The notes under the pieces: generated by a model
Told to the model about the DNA's origin: nothing
Seen by the model: only the letters and a program-made list of their open reading frames with translations
Database searches by the model: none
Shown here: positions 36,206 through 46,803 of the stretch, piece by piece
How the letters are laid out: each line of letters begins with the position of its first letter
Numbering within the stretch: the first letter of the stretch is position 1
Origin: an uncultured Pseudomonadales bacterium
Lineage (GTDB): Bacteria > Patescibacteriota > Microgenomatia > UBA1400 > CAYNFZ01
Assembly: GCA_964398525.1 (NCBI GenBank)
Contig: CAYNMS010000008.1
Location: 1-46,925, forward strand
Direction: 5' to 3'
DNA length: 46,925 nucleotides
Program-made: the position numbers and the translations under genes

Positions 36206-38350
36206 TTATTTGTCAGAGTCAGATTTGCGGGTTGAATTTACGATGGATGAGGTGATGTTTCCAGGGACTTCGTCGTAGTGACTAGGCTCCATGTAATAAC
36301 TAGCTCGACCCTGGGTCATGCTTCGGAGTATTGTAGCATACTTGCCTAACTCTGCCAAGGGAACCAGAGCATGAATAATTCTGGTTTTGCCTCGAGTTTG
36401 AGTGTCTTGGATTTGAGCACGCTTGCTGGAGAGGTCGCCGATGATATCACCCATATAGTCTTCAGGGCTGGTGACTTCTACTTTCATGATGGGCTCGAGG
36501 AGGATGGGGTCGGCGGCTTTTGAAGCTTGTTGGAACGCGTAGGACCCGGCAATTTTGAAGGCAATTTCACTGGAATCAACTTCGTGGAAAGAACCATCGT
36601 AAACGATTACTTGAATATCGACCATGGGATAACCGGCTACAACGCCGTTTTCCATGGCTTCTTGAATACCCTTTTGGATGGCGGGTATGAACTCAGCGGG
36701 TATTGCTCCACCTTTGACTTGATTTAAGAATTCGAAACCTTCACCGCGAGTTTTAGGCTCAATTTTGATAAGACAATGACCGTATTGACCCCGGCCACCA
36801 GATTGGCGAATGTATTTACCTTCACCTTCGGCATATTTTTTGATGGTTTCGCGGTAGGCAACTTGAGGCTCACCAACGTTGGCGTCAACTCGGAATTCGC
36901 GTTTGAGACGATCAACGAGGATTTCGAGCTGGAGTTCACCGACACCGGCAATTAGGGTTTGGCCCGTTTCTGGGTTGACTTTAATTTGGAATGTAGGATC
37001 TTCTTCAGCGAGTTTGTTGAGAGCTAAACCCATTTTTTCCTGGTCGGATTTGGTTTTGGGTTCGATGGCAAGAGAAATGACAGGCTCGGCAAAAGTGATG
37101 CCCTCAAACATGATGGGTTCGTTTTGATTACTTAAGGTATCACCGGTGGCGGTTGATTTGAGCCCGACAATAGCGACAATTTCTCCGGCCAAAGCTTCTT
37201 TGATCTCTTCTCTGGTGTTAGCATGCATGAGCAAGAGGCGGCCGACACGCTCTTTTTCGCCTTTAGTGGCGTTGTAGACATAGGAGCCTGAAGAGAGTTT
37301 GCCAGAGTAAACACGAGCGAAGGTGAGTTTGCCCACATGAGGGTCGGTTTGAATTTTAAAGGCTAAGGCTGAGAATTTTTCATCTGGGACTAATTGGCGG
37401 ATCTCCTCGGCGCCAGTTTCAGGATTAATGCCTTTGATTTCTTTAATGTCCTGAGGAGATGGAAGGTATTCGACGACTGCATCGAGAAGAAGTTGGACAC
37501 CTTTGTTTTTGAGGGAAGAGCCGCACATGATGGGGACAAGATCGTAGCTGATGGTGGCTCGGCGAAGAGCAGCTTTGATTTCGTTAACGGGGATTTCTTG
37601 GCCGTTTAAATATTTTTCGAGAAGGGCATCGTCGGTTTCGGCGATTTGTTCAATAAGGCGTTGGCGATATTCCTGAACCTGGTCTTTCATGTCGGCGGGA
37701 ATATCGTCGGAGAGGGTGTATTTAGCACCAGTTTGATCGCTTTCCCAGATGACAGTTTTTTGTTCGAGGAGTAAAACAACACCTCTGAAGGTGTTTTCAA
37801 CACCAATGGGAAGAGTGATGATAGCGGGATTGGCGCCGAGTTTTTGATGAACATCTTCGACTGTGGCAAAAAAGTCGGCTCCCAGCTTGTCCATTTTGTT
37901 GACGAAACAAATGCGAGGCACGTGGTATTTATCGGCTTGTCTCCAAACAGTTTCAGATTGAGATTGGACACCTTCTTCGGCATCAAGAACGGTAACACCA
38001 CCGTCTAGAACACGGAGTGAACGTTCGACTTCGGCAGTGAAGTCGATGTGGCCAGGGGTGTCGATGATGTTGAAGCGGTAAGGGGTTTGGGGGAGGTGAG
38101 TGTCAAGTGCGGGAGTCCAGAAGGTAGTGGTGGCCGCAGAAACGATAGTAATACCTCTTTCTCGCTCTTGATCCATCCAATCCATTTGAGTGTCACCTTC
38201 GTGGACTTCACCAAGTTTGTAGGTCTTGCCGGTGTAGTAAAGAATGCGCTCGGTAGTGGTGGTTTTACCGGCGTCGATATGGGCGATTATGCCGATGTTA
38301 CGGATGTGTTCAAGGGGTAAATCCCGTTGTTGAGGTTTGGCTTGGGCCAT
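36206..38350 (-). CDS. fusA: Elongation factor G
   Basis: [20 protein letters not shown] and NKMD motifs. 714 aa. Confidence 0.97.
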   Translation of the reverse strand: MAQAKPQQRDLPLEHIRNIGIIAHIDAGKTTTTERILYYTGKTYKLGEVHEGDTQMDWMDQERERGITIVSAATTTFWTPALDTHLPQTPYRFNIIDTPGHIDFTAEVERSLRVLDGGVTVLDAEEGVQSQSETVWRQADKYHVPRICFVNKMDKLGADFFATVEDVHQKLGANPAIITLPIGVENTFRGVVLLLEQKTVIWESDQTGAKYTLSDDIPADMKDQVQEYRQRLIEQIAETDDALLEKYLNGQEIPVNEIKAALRRATISYDLVPIMCGSSLKNKGVQLLLDAVVEYLPSPQDIKEIKGINPETGAEEIRQLVPDEKFSALAFKIQTDPHVGKLTFARVYSGKLSSGSYVYNATKGEKERVGRLLLMHANTREEIKEALAGEIVAIVGLKSTATGDTLSNQNEPIMFEGITFAEPVISLAIEPKTKSDQEKMGLALNKLAEEDPTFQIKVNPETGQTLIAGVGELQLEILVDRLKREFRVDANVGEPQVAYRETIKKYAEGEGKYIRQSGGRGQYGHCLIKIEPKTRGEGFEFLNQVKGGAIPAEFIPAIQKGIQEAMENGVVAGYPMVDIQVIVYDGSFHEVDSSEIAFKIAGSYAFQQASKAADPILLEPIMKVEVTSPEDYMGDIIGDLSSKRAQIQDTQTRGKTRIIHALVPLAELGKYATILRSMTQGRASYYMEPSHYDEVPGNITSSIVNSTRKSDSDK

Positions 38351-38360
38351 AGAAATAGCT

Positions 38361-38391
38361 TAAAAAAATAATAAAAAGAGTCTGAGACTCT
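38361..38391 (-). terminator. Hairpin AGAGTC-TCA-GACTCT plus a T-rich run, between rpsG and fusA
   Basis: The minus strand reads AGAGTCTCAGACTCTTTTTATTATTTTTTTA, starting 6 nt after the rpsG stop. Confidence 0.45.
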
Positions 38392-38397
38392 AACGGA

Positions 38398-38877
38398 CTA
38401 CCAGCGGAAGTGGGCAAAAGCCTTGTTGGCTTCGGCCATTTTGTGGGAGTTAATCTTTTTTTGAACGGCTCCACCTTCACCATTGGCTGCATCGAGCAAT
38501 TCGGCTGCGAGTTTTTGTGAGAAGGTATGAAACTCTCGGTTAGGGCGCTTGCCAGCTTCGGAAACTAACCATCGAATAGCCAAAGATGTGCCCCGGTTGG
38601 TTCTGACTGGTGTTGGGACCTGATAAGCGGCTCCACCAACGCGGCGAGAACGAACTTCCATTTGAGGGATGATATTTTTAAGGGCTAAATCTAGAACCTC
38701 GAGAGCATCTTGTTTGGTCTCTTGGGAAACTAGATCCAATGCCTCATAAACTTGAGCTTGGGCCACGGTTTTTTTACCTGACTTCATAGCTCGATTAATA
38801 AGTTTGGCCACGGTGCGATTGGCAAACTTTGGATCTGGATTGTTGGGGCGAGGACGTATAGTTTTTGAGCGAGCCAT
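38398..38877 (-). CDS. rpsG: 30S ribosomal protein S7
   Basis: PDPKFANRTVAKLINRAMKSGKK...AHFRW. Confidence 0.95.
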   Translation of the reverse strand: MARSKTIRPRPNNPDPKFANRTVAKLINRAMKSGKKTVAQAQVYEALDLVSQETKQDALEVLDLALKNIIPQMEVRSRRVGGAAYQVPTPVRTNRGTSLAIRWLVSEAGKRPNREFHTFSQKLAAELLDAANGEGGAVQKKINSHKMAEANKAFAHFRW

Positions 38878-38895
38878 AGTTTTGTATTTGATTTA

Positions 38896-39354
38896 TTAGG
38901 ATGCAGCAGCAGTGTCGCCAGAGGGAGTAGCAGCATCTTTGCGGCTGCCTTCTTTGGCGGTGCCGTATTTGCTACGGGAAGTTTTTCTGCCTTGGACCCC
39001 GGCACAGTCATATTTGCCACGAACGATATGATATTTGACACCTGGCAAGTCCTTAACACGACCGCCACGAACCAAGACGATTGAGTGTTCGGCAAGATTG
39101 TGGCCTTCTCCCTGGATGTAGGCTGTGATTTCCTGACGGTTACTTAGGCGGACACGAGCGACTTTACGAAGAGCGGAGTTGGGTTTTTTGGGAGTCATGG
39201 TTTTTACCAAGACACAAACGCCACGTTTTTGGGGGTTGGTGGCAGAAGAGATGTAGCGATTGATGGAATTGTAGTTTTTTCGCAGAGCTGCAGCTTTGAC
39301 CTTTTTGGGCTTGGAGCGGCGACCTTTTCTGATAAGTTGATTTATGGTTGGCAT
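38896..39354 (-). CDS. rpsL: 30S ribosomal protein S12 (with C-terminal extension)
   Basis: [12 protein letters not shown]...[16 protein letters not shown]...[17 protein letters not shown]. Confidence 0.95.
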   Translation of the reverse strand: MPTINQLIRKGRRSKPKKVKAAALRKNYNSINRYISSATNPQKRGVCVLVKTMTPKKPNSALRKVARVRLSNRQEITAYIQGEGHNLAEHSIVLVRGGRVKDLPGVKYHIVRGKYDCAGVQGRKTSRSKYGTAKEGSRKDAATPSGDTAAAS

Positions 39355-39383
39355 ATGAGTAAAAGATTTTACTTGATTTGGAT

Positions 39384-39406
39384 CAAAAAAACAGCGGAGG
39401 ACCGCT
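39384..39406 (-). terminator. Rho-independent terminator after rpoC (CAGCGG-TCCT-CCGCTG-TTTTTTT)
   Basis: Perfect 6-bp GC-rich stem plus T7, 100 nt after the rpoC stop and 30 nt before the rpsL ATG. Confidence 0.65.
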
Positions 39407-39505
39407 GCTTGTTTCGGTCTTCTCGACTGATTTTTTAATGTCAGGAGTTGTGAACTGGCATTACGGCGTATTGTACCAAAGTTTTCTCCGAGTGGCTAGA
39501 GGAGA

Positions 39506-42500
39506 TTAGGCAACAATTGCAGCCCGCTTCGGATTGCTGGGAATCAGACGGCCGATAATGACGTTTTCTTTGAGGCCTAAGAGTTCATCTTCTTTACCCT
39601 CGGCAGCTGCGTTAGTGAGAACAGAGGTAGTGTGTTGGAAAGAAGCGGCTGAAAGCCAAGAAGCGGTGTAGAGAGCAGAATTGGTGATACCCAAAAGGAT
39701 GACTTGAGCGCTGGAGGGTTCACCGCCTTCGGCCATAACTTGATTGTTTTCCTCTTCAAAGCGGCTCTTATCGACGATTTCTCCAGGTAAAAAGCTGGTA
39801 TCGCCGGTAGTTTCGATTTTAACTTTGTCGCACATCTTTCTGATGATGACTTCGAAGTGCCTGTCGTTGATAGTAATACCTTGAGATTCATAGACGGCCT
39901 GAATGGCGCTTAAGAGATATTCCTGGGTTTGACGAAGACCGCGAATATCGAGTAATTGTTTGACATCCAGAGGACCAGTGCTGAGTTCTTGACCTACGTC
40001 GACCAAATCACCGTCAGCAACCTTGAGAATGTTGGTTAAAGGAATGGTATAGGTTTTTTCTTCGACAGGTTTGCTGGTAGTTTTGACAGTGACGAGGTAG
40101 CCCCGATCGGTTTCTTCAACAGAGACTTTACCGGACAATTCGCTGATGGGGGCGGCAAATTTGGGTGAGCGAGCCTCAAAAAGTTCTTCGACACGGGGAA
40201 GACCTTGGGTAACGTCTAAACCAACGATACCACCGGCGTGCTTGACACGCATGGTGAGCTGAGTGCCTGGCTCACCAATGCTTTGGGCAGCGATGACGCC
40301 AGCCGGGATACCGATTTCAGCCGGTTTTTTAGTGGAGAAATCCCAACCATAACATTTAGCGCACAAGCCAATATGAGATTGGCAGGTAAGCGGGGAGTAG
40401 ACATCGACAGATTTGACACCAGCGGCATCAAGAGCATCGGCTAATTCCTCATCGATTAAATCGCCAGCTTTGGCTAAAGTTTTGGTTGAGTTTGGTGCCT
40501 TAACAGAAGAGGCGAGGAAGCGGCCGACAAGGCGGTGTTTGAAGAGTTTTTCGCGGGGTCCTTGAGCTTCGATGGTAATGAAATCTGAGGTACCACAGTC
40601 TTCTTGACGAATGATAGCATCGTGGGCGACGTCAACGAGACGGCGAGTGAGATAACCAGCATCGGCAGTTTTTAGCGCGGAGTCGGTTAAACCTTTTCTG
40701 GAGCCGCGGGAAGAAGTGACGTATTCAAAAATGGATAAGCCTTCTCTGAAGTTACTTTTGGTGGGGAGCTCGACAATTTTTCCAAGTGGATCGACAACGA
40801 GACCGCGCATGGCTGCAAGTTGTTTGACTTGATCTTTGCTGGCACGAGTACCACCAGATTCAATGATGATTTTGACCGCGTTGGTTGGCGAGAAATTTTG
40901 CCAGGTTCGATCGGCGATTTCGTCGGTGGTTTGAATCCAAATTTCATTACTGAGACGGCGTTTTTCTTCAAGAGTAATGAGTCCTTCTTTGTAGTTTTCT
41001 TGAATGTCTTCCGCTTTATTATTGGCGGCTTCAATGAGATTTTGTTTTTCGTCGATCATGACACAGTCATCTACGGAAACGGATAAGCCAGAAATGGTGG
41101 CGCCACGGAAGCCTAAGTTTTTAAGATCATCTATTAATTTGGTGGTTTCCTGTCTGGTACACTTGGCAATCGAAAGACGGATGAGATCTTTGATACTCCC
41201 AGCATTGATGGCTCGGTTTTGGAAAGGTATGGCTTCAGGCATGAGTTCGTTGAACTGAATACGGCCGATAGTGGTAGAAATAATTGTGGCTGGTTTACCA
41301 AATTCTGTAACCAAGCGAACTTTGATGGGTTGGCGTAAGGTTACCTGTGACAGAGAATGAGCAAGTAAAGCTTCTTCGGCAGAACCAAAGATTGAGGGAT
41401 GAGGCTGTGAGTCTGGATCAATAGAGGTGAGGAAGTAGCAACCGAGGGCCATGTCTTTGTTGGGGATAGTGATGGGGGAGGAGTCGGCGGGCTTGAGGAG
41501 GTTGTTACCTGGCATCATCAATTCTTTGGCTTCCTCGATGGATTTTTTGGAGAGAGGAACGTGAACTGCCATCTGGTCTCCATCGAAGTCAGCATTATAG
41601 CCGGAACAAACAGTGGGGTGAATCCGGATGGCGCTACCTTCTACCAAGATGGGGTAGAAAGCTTGGATACCGAGCTTGTGAAGTGTGGGGGCACGATTGA
41701 GGAGGACGGGGTGGTCGGTGATGATGTCCTCGAGTATGTCAAAGACCTCTGGGGTGCGGCGTTCGATTGCGTGCTTGGCGGATTTGACGTTGGGAGCAAT
41801 CCCGTGTTTGATTAATTCGCGGAGAACGTAAGGCTTGAAAAGCTCAAGGGCCATGTCTTTGGGAATACCACATTGATTAAGCTGAAGTTCGGGACCGACG
41901 ACAATGACGGAGCGGCCTGAGTAGTCGACTCTTTTACCCAACAGATTTTGGCGGAAGCGACCCTGCTTGCCTTTGAGCATGTCGGAAAGGGAGCGGAGAG
42001 GTTTTCTGGTAGCGCGTCTGCTGGTGCGAGATTGAGAAGAGTCGATGAGGGCATCGACGGACTCTTGGAGCATACGCTTTTCGTTTCTTAAAATGATTTC
42101 GGGAGCACCAAGATCGATAAGGTGCTTGAGGCGGTTGTTACGGTTGATGACGCGACGATAAAGGTCGTTAAGGTCGGAGGTGGCAAAACGGCCTCCAGAG
42201 AGTTGAACCATGGGGCGTAGGTCCGGAGGGATGACGGGGAGATTTTTGGTGATCATCCAGGAGGGGGCAATGTTGGCTTTCTTAAAACCTTCGGCTACAC
42301 GAAGTCTTTTAGTGGCTTTGATGCGTTTTTGGCCGGTGCTACTTTGGATTTCGGAGCGAAGCTTGGAGATGAGTTTTTCTAAATCGACGTCTTTGATAAG
42401 TTCAACTACTGATTCGGCACCCATGCCGACACGAAGGAAATCGACGGCGTCATATTGGGCGAGCTTGAGGTATTCATCCTCGGTAAGGAGAGATTTTTTC

Positions 42501-43213
42501 TTGGTGCGCTTGACCATGTCGGCGATGGCTTTATAGACAGCTTGGGCGTTGTCAATTTCGGTAGCAAGTTCGTCCTTGATGGAAAGGATGGCTTGTTTGG
42601 TTTTGACTTTTTGCTCTTCGACGGTGAGAAGTTGTTGATCGGTGTTGGTGATTTTGGCTTTGATGTCCTTGATGGCATCTTTGCCAAGTTGTTTGGCGGT
42701 TTCAATTTCTTCTTTGGCTTTTTGGCGAAGTTGTTCTTCTTGCTCTTGAAGAGAGTCTTGCAGTCTAATAAATACTTCTTCTTTTTTGTCAGCGTTGACT
42801 TCAAGAACAACGTATTGGGCAAAATATATGACGTTACTTAAATTTCTAGGGGAGATGTTTAAAAGGAGGCTGAGTTTGGAGGGAGTGCCTTTAAAGAACC
42901 AGATATGGGCCACGGGGGAGGCCAGAGAAATGTGACCCATGCGTTCACGGCGGACGCGAGATTGGGTGACTTCGACACCGCATTTGTCACAGATGATACC
43001 TCGATAGCGGATTCTTTTGTATTTGCCACAATAACATTCCCAGTCTTTGACGGGACCAAAGATGCGTTCACAAAAAAGGCCATTTTTCTCGGGTTTGAGA
43101 GTGCGATAGTTGATGGTCTCGGGTTTGGTGACTTCACCATGGGACCAGGATTTAATGACCTCGGGAGAGGCTATTTGGATTTTAAGACCGTTGAAATCGA
43201 CAATGTTACGCAT
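39506..43213 (-). CDS. rpoC: DNA-directed RNA polymerase subunit beta-prime
   Basis: Zn finger [23 protein letters not shown]. Catalytic NADFDGDQM. 1235 aa. Confidence 0.97.
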   Translation of the reverse strand: MRNIVDFNGLKIQIASPEVIKSWSHGEVTKPETINYRTLKPEKNGLFCERIFGPVKDWECYCGKYKRIRYRGIICDKCGVEVTQSRVRRERMGHISLASPVAHIWFFKGTPSKLSLLLNISPRNLSNVIYFAQYVVLEVNADKKEEVFIRLQDSLQEQEEQLRQKAKEEIETAKQLGKDAIKDIKAKITNTDQQLLTVEEQKVKTKQAILSIKDELATEIDNAQAVYKAIADMVKRTKKKSLLTEDEYLKLAQYDAVDFLRVGMGAESVVELIKDVDLEKLISKLRSEIQSSTGQKRIKATKRLRVAEGFKKANIAPSWMITKNLPVIPPDLRPMVQLSGGRFATSDLNDLYRRVINRNNRLKHLIDLGAPEIILRNEKRMLQESVDALIDSSQSRTSRRATRKPLRSLSDMLKGKQGRFRQNLLGKRVDYSGRSVIVVGPELQLNQCGIPKDMALELFKPYVLRELIKHGIAPNVKSAKHAIERRTPEVFDILEDIITDHPVLLNRAPTLHKLGIQAFYPILVEGSAIRIHPTVCSGYNADFDGDQMAVHVPLSKKSIEEAKELMMPGNNLLKPADSSPITIPNKDMALGCYFLTSIDPDSQPHPSIFGSAEEALLAHSLSQVTLRQPIKVRLVTEFGKPATIISTTIGRIQFNELMPEAIPFQNRAINAGSIKDLIRLSIAKCTRQETTKLIDDLKNLGFRGATISGLSVSVDDCVMIDEKQNLIEAANNKAEDIQENYKEGLITLEEKRRLSNEIWIQTTDEIADRTWQNFSPTNAVKIIIESGGTRASKDQVKQLAAMRGLVVDPLGKIVELPTKSNFREGLSIFEYVTSSRGSRKGLTDSALKTADAGYLTRRLVDVAHDAIIRQEDCGTSDFITIEAQGPREKLFKHRLVGRFLASSVKAPNSTKTLAKAGDLIDEELADALDAAGVKSVDVYSPLTCQSHIGLCAKCYGWDFSTKKPAEIGIPAGVIAAQSIGEPGTQLTMRVKHAGGIVGLDVTQGLPRVEELFEARSPKFAAPISELSGKVSVEETDRGYLVTVKTTSKPVEEKTYTIPLTNILKVADGDLVDVGQELSTGPLDVKQLLDIRGLRQTQEYLLSAIQAVYESQGITINDRHFEVIIRKMCDKVKIETTGDTSFLPGEIVDKSRFEEENNQVMAEGGEPSSAQVILLGITNSALYTASWLSAASFQHTTSVLTNAAAEGKEDELLGLKENVIIGRLIPSNPKRAAIVA

Positions 43214-43237
43214 AGTTTCCTGAAGCTGACTGTTAAC

Positions 43238-46200
43238 TTATTGCCCGGCGACTTGGGCTTCGGCCAATTCCTCTTCATCAGGTTCCTGTGAAGAAGTGTC
43301 CTCAGTTTCGTCTGAATCTGGTGTCTGGGGAGAAGTGGTTTCTTCATCCGCAACTTCGACTTCAGCTTCGATGACCCGAGTGGGGACGACATCAAGACTG
43401 AGGGAATTTAATTCTTTGACTAAAACTTTGAATGACTCGGGAATGTTAGACTCGGGAATGGGTGAATCCTTGACGATGGCTTCGAAGGCCTTGGCTCTAC
43501 CAACGACATCGTCTGATTTGATGGTGAGCATTTCTTGAAGGGTGTGAGCGGCTTGGTGGGCTTCGAGGACCCACACTTCCATTTCTCCTAAACGCTGACC
43601 ACCCATCTGGGCTTTTCCACCGAGAGGTTGCTGGGTGACTAAGGAGTAAGGACCGGTGGAGCGGGCGTGGATTTTATCTTCTACCATGTGGCTTAATTTG
43701 AGAATGTAGCCGACGCCAACCACGGTGGATTGGTGATAGGCTTCTCCGGTACGACCGTCAAAAAGAGTGGTTTTACCATTTTCGGGAAGGCCGGCTTTTT
43801 TAAGTTCGTCTTGAATGAGGTTTTCAGAAATTTCTTCAAAAACTGGTAAAGCGACTTTGTAACCCATTTTTTGGGCAGCCCAGCCCAGGTGGGCTTCTAG
43901 AAGCTGGCCCATGTTCATACGGGCAAGAACTGAAAGAGGTGAAATGATGATATCAACCGGAGTGCCGTCTTCCAGATAAGGCATGTCGGCAACGGGGACA
44001 ATTTTGCTGATAACCCCTTTGTTACCGTGGCGACCGGCTAATTTGTCACCAACAGTGACTTTTCGAGTTTGAGCGACACGGACGACGACTTTTTTGAGGA
44101 CGCCGGGGTCGAGTTCGTCGCCTTCGTCCCGGTCAAGGACTTTAACATCGATAACGGTACCGGATTGACCATGAGGCATACGAAGAGAAGTGTCGCGGAC
44201 CTCGCGGGCTTTTTCTCCGAAAATGGCTCGAAGCAGGCGCTCTTCTGGAGTGAGTTCAGTTTCACCTTTGGGGGCGATTTTGCCGACGAGGATATCGTTA
44301 CTGGTAACGTTACTGCCGATGGCGACCACGCCATCTTCGCTGAGGTTGGCAAGATCGGCTTCACCGACGTTGGGGATATCTCGAGTGAGTTCTTCCGGAC
44401 CCAGTTTGGTATCCATAACGTAGGCTTCGTGTTCGTTAATATGGATGGAGGTTAAGAGATCTTGATGAACGACCCGGTCTGAGATAACAATGGCGTCTTC
44501 GTAGCCTAAGCCATCGAGAGAGGCGTAGGCGATGGTGAGGTTTTGGCCTAAGGCGAGTTCTCCAGATTCAGAGGCAGGTCCATCGATGATAAGCTCACCT
44601 TTGGCGACTTTATCACCAACAAAGACAACCGGATTTTGGGAATAACAAGTACTTTGAGCGGAACGGATAAATTTTTGGAGATAGTAAGTTTCGGTGTTGC
44701 CGTCGAGATGGATGTACTCACGTTGACTGTCGGGGTTATCATCGATTTTTTGGTTAGAGTCAACTTTGATGACGACTTTTTGACCGTCAACATAGGTAAC
44801 CTCGCCGGCATGACGGGCGTAGATAGCGCGTTGCATGGCTTGGACGACGACACTTTCCATACCGGTGCCCACAATAGGAGCCTCGGGTTTAATTAAAGGA
44901 ACAGCCTGGCATTGCATATGAGTGCCCATGAGAGCACGATTGGCTTCGTCGTGGCTAATGAAGGGGATGAGAGAGGCAGAAGTGCCCACAACTTGGCGGG
45001 AGACGACGTCAATATATTCAACTTGTTCGACTGAAGCTTCAAGGAATTCCCCCTGATAGCGTACCGGCACCCAATCTTTGGTAATAAAGCCTTTCTCGTC
45101 GATGTCGACTTCGGCATGAGTAACGTAGTGGTCTTCTTCTTCGTCAGCCTGAAGGTAGACGATGTCTCCGGTGACTTGCATGCGGGTTTGTTTACCTTGA
45201 GTAGTTTTGATAACTTTTCGATAAGGGGCTTCTAGAAAGCCATACGGGTTGATGCGGGTGTAAAGGGCCATGTAGGTAACTAGACCAATATTGGGTCCCT
45301 CGGGCGAGCGGACGGGGCAGATACGCGAATACTGAGAGGCGTTAATGTCACGCATGCTAAAGGAGGCGCGTTCTCGAGTAACTCCACCTGAGCCCATAAC
45401 AGAGAGGCGACGGAGGTTGTCGATTTCGGAGAGGGGGTTGGTTTGGTCTAGGATGGTAGAAAGGCGGTTTCGTCGGAAAAACTCACTGATGGTGGCGATG
45501 ATGGGACGGGCATTTACCAGACTTGAAGGGGTGATAGTTTCGTCGGTTTTGGTGAGAGACATTTTTTCTCTAATGGAGCGCTCTAAACGAAGCATGCCGA
45601 CACGGAAAGCAGCATTGGCAACTAGTTCACCAACTCGGCGAACACGGCGATTGCTTAAATGATCAATGTCGTCCACTTTGCCTTGACCGTTTTGAAGACC
45701 AATGAGGTATTTAAGTGAGGAGACAATGTCTTGGTTGGTGAGGGTGTGGTTGGTGGGGGCAGTTTCTTTATCGTGTTTGAGACGACGATTAAGCTTGTAG
45801 CGGCCGACTTCACCAAGATCGTAGCGGCGAGGATCGAAAAACATTTGTTTGAGAAGTTCGGCAGCGTTATCTAAAACGGCGGGTTCGCCGGGGCGCATGC
45901 GCTGATAGATTTCGATGAGAGCTTCTTCACGGGACTTGGTAGGATCTTTGGCAAGAGTGGCGTGTATGAAAGAATTGTCGAGGTCGGTGTCGACGTCGGA
46001 GAAGAGTTTGAGAATCTCTTCAGGAGATTCGTAACCGAGAGCCCGGAGTAAAACGGTTGCAGGGATTTTGCGGTGGCGATCAATTTTAATGGAAACAACG
46101 TTGTTTTTAGCCACCATGATTTCCAGCCAGGAACCGCGTAAAGGCCGAAGCTCGGCTTTATAGAGCATGCGACCGGTGGATTCATCGATTTCCCCTGAGT

Positions 46201-46615
46201 AAAAAACTCCCGGAGAGCGGACAAGTTGATTGACAACGGCACGCTCGATACCGTTGATGATGAAAGTACCGGTGGGGGTCATTTTGGGAATGTCACCTAA
46301 AAAGATATCTTGAGAAGTGGTTTTGCCGGTTTGTTTGTTGGTTAGAGTAGCCTTTACTTTTAAAGGCATATCAAAACTTAAGCCTTTTTCTTTGGCTTGG
46401 CTGGGGGTAAGTTTAGGAGGAAGGAAAGAATAGTCACTAAATTCAAGCTGCCAGTTTTTGCCGGTAAAATCTTCGATTGAGCCAATTTCGGTGAAAACTT
46501 CTTTGATGCCTTGATCCAAAAACCATTGATACGACTCTAATTGAACAGCGACTAGGTCCAACTCGGGGAGCTTGATGTTTGTCTTTCCCCAATAAAGTCG
46601 TTGTGGCTTTGGCAT
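43238..46615 (-). CDS. rpoB: DNA-directed RNA polymerase subunit beta
   Basis: Conserved blocks GPNIGLV, HGNKGV and MNVGQ-like MNMGQLLE. 1125 aa. AGGAG lies 8 nt upstream of the ATG. Confidence 0.97.
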   Translation of the reverse strand: MPKPQRLYWGKTNIKLPELDLVAVQLESYQWFLDQGIKEVFTEIGSIEDFTGKNWQLEFSDYSFLPPKLTPSQAKEKGLSFDMPLKVKATLTNKQTGKTTSQDIFLGDIPKMTPTGTFIINGIERAVVNQLVRSPGVFYSGEIDESTGRMLYKAELRPLRGSWLEIMVAKNNVVSIKIDRHRKIPATVLLRALGYESPEEILKLFSDVDTDLDNSFIHATLAKDPTKSREEALIEIYQRMRPGEPAVLDNAAELLKQMFFDPRRYDLGEVGRYKLNRRLKHDKETAPTNHTLTNQDIVSSLKYLIGLQNGQGKVDDIDHLSNRRVRRVGELVANAAFRVGMLRLERSIREKMSLTKTDETITPSSLVNARPIIATISEFFRRNRLSTILDQTNPLSEIDNLRRLSVMGSGGVTRERASFSMRDINASQYSRICPVRSPEGPNIGLVTYMALYTRINPYGFLEAPYRKVIKTTQGKQTRMQVTGDIVYLQADEEEDHYVTHAEVDIDEKGFITKDWVPVRYQGEFLEASVEQVEYIDVVSRQVVGTSASLIPFISHDEANRALMGTHMQCQAVPLIKPEAPIVGTGMESVVVQAMQRAIYARHAGEVTYVDGQKVVIKVDSNQKIDDNPDSQREYIHLDGNTETYYLQKFIRSAQSTCYSQNPVVFVGDKVAKGELIIDGPASESGELALGQNLTIAYASLDGLGYEDAIVISDRVVHQDLLTSIHINEHEAYVMDTKLGPEELTRDIPNVGEADLANLSEDGVVAIGSNVTSNDILVGKIAPKGETELTPEERLLRAIFGEKAREVRDTSLRMPHGQSGTVIDVKVLDRDEGDELDPGVLKKVVVRVAQTRKVTVGDKLAGRHGNKGVISKIVPVADMPYLEDGTPVDIIISPLSVLARMNMGQLLEAHLGWAAQKMGYKVALPVFEEISENLIQDELKKAGLPENGKTTLFDGRTGEAYHQSTVVGVGYILKLSHMVEDKIHARSTGPYSLVTQQPLGGKAQMGGQRLGEMEVWVLEAHQAAHTLQEMLTIKSDDVVGRAKAFEAIVKDSPIPESNIPESFKVLVKELNSLSLDVVPTRVIEAEVEVADEETTSPQTPDSDETEDTSSQEPDEEELAEAQVAGQ

Positions 46616-46642
46616 ATGTGGCTCCTAGCGAAGGCTATTTGT

Positions 46643-46671
46643 GACAAAAAGGGGGCAATAAAAAATTGCCC
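46643..46671 (-). terminator. Leader hairpin GGGCAAT-TTTTT-ATTGCCC followed by CCTTTTTGT, upstream of rpoB
   Basis: 7-bp stem plus T run, located between the candidate promoter (46775..46803) and the rpoB RBS. Confidence 0.45.
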
Positions 46672-46774
46672 TGGGAGAAATGTGTGGTACCCAGTGCGCG
46701 GTGGGCATGAAAGTTCTTTGAAGTAAGCAAAATAGAGCGTACCGAGTACGCCTAATTGACGTTAAGCTTGGTGT

Positions 46775-46803
46775 AATATATCAGGCGGATGCCTAAGTGT
46801 CAA
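46775..46803 (-). promoter_or_regulatory. Sigma70-like promoter for rpoBC (TTGACA-17 nt-TATATT)
   Basis: The minus strand reads TTGACA CTTAGGCATCCGCCTGA TATATT. The -35 is perfect, the spacer is 17 nt and the -10 matches 5 of 6 positions. It lies about 160 nt upstream of the rpoB ATG. Confidence 0.55.

Noticed and set aside
18998-46242. Dozens of overlapping ORFs within the ribosomal protein, tuf, fusA and rpoBC block (both strands)
   Set aside because: Every one overlaps a conserved housekeeping gene. They are explained by codon bias and by low stop-codon frequency in the opposite frames.
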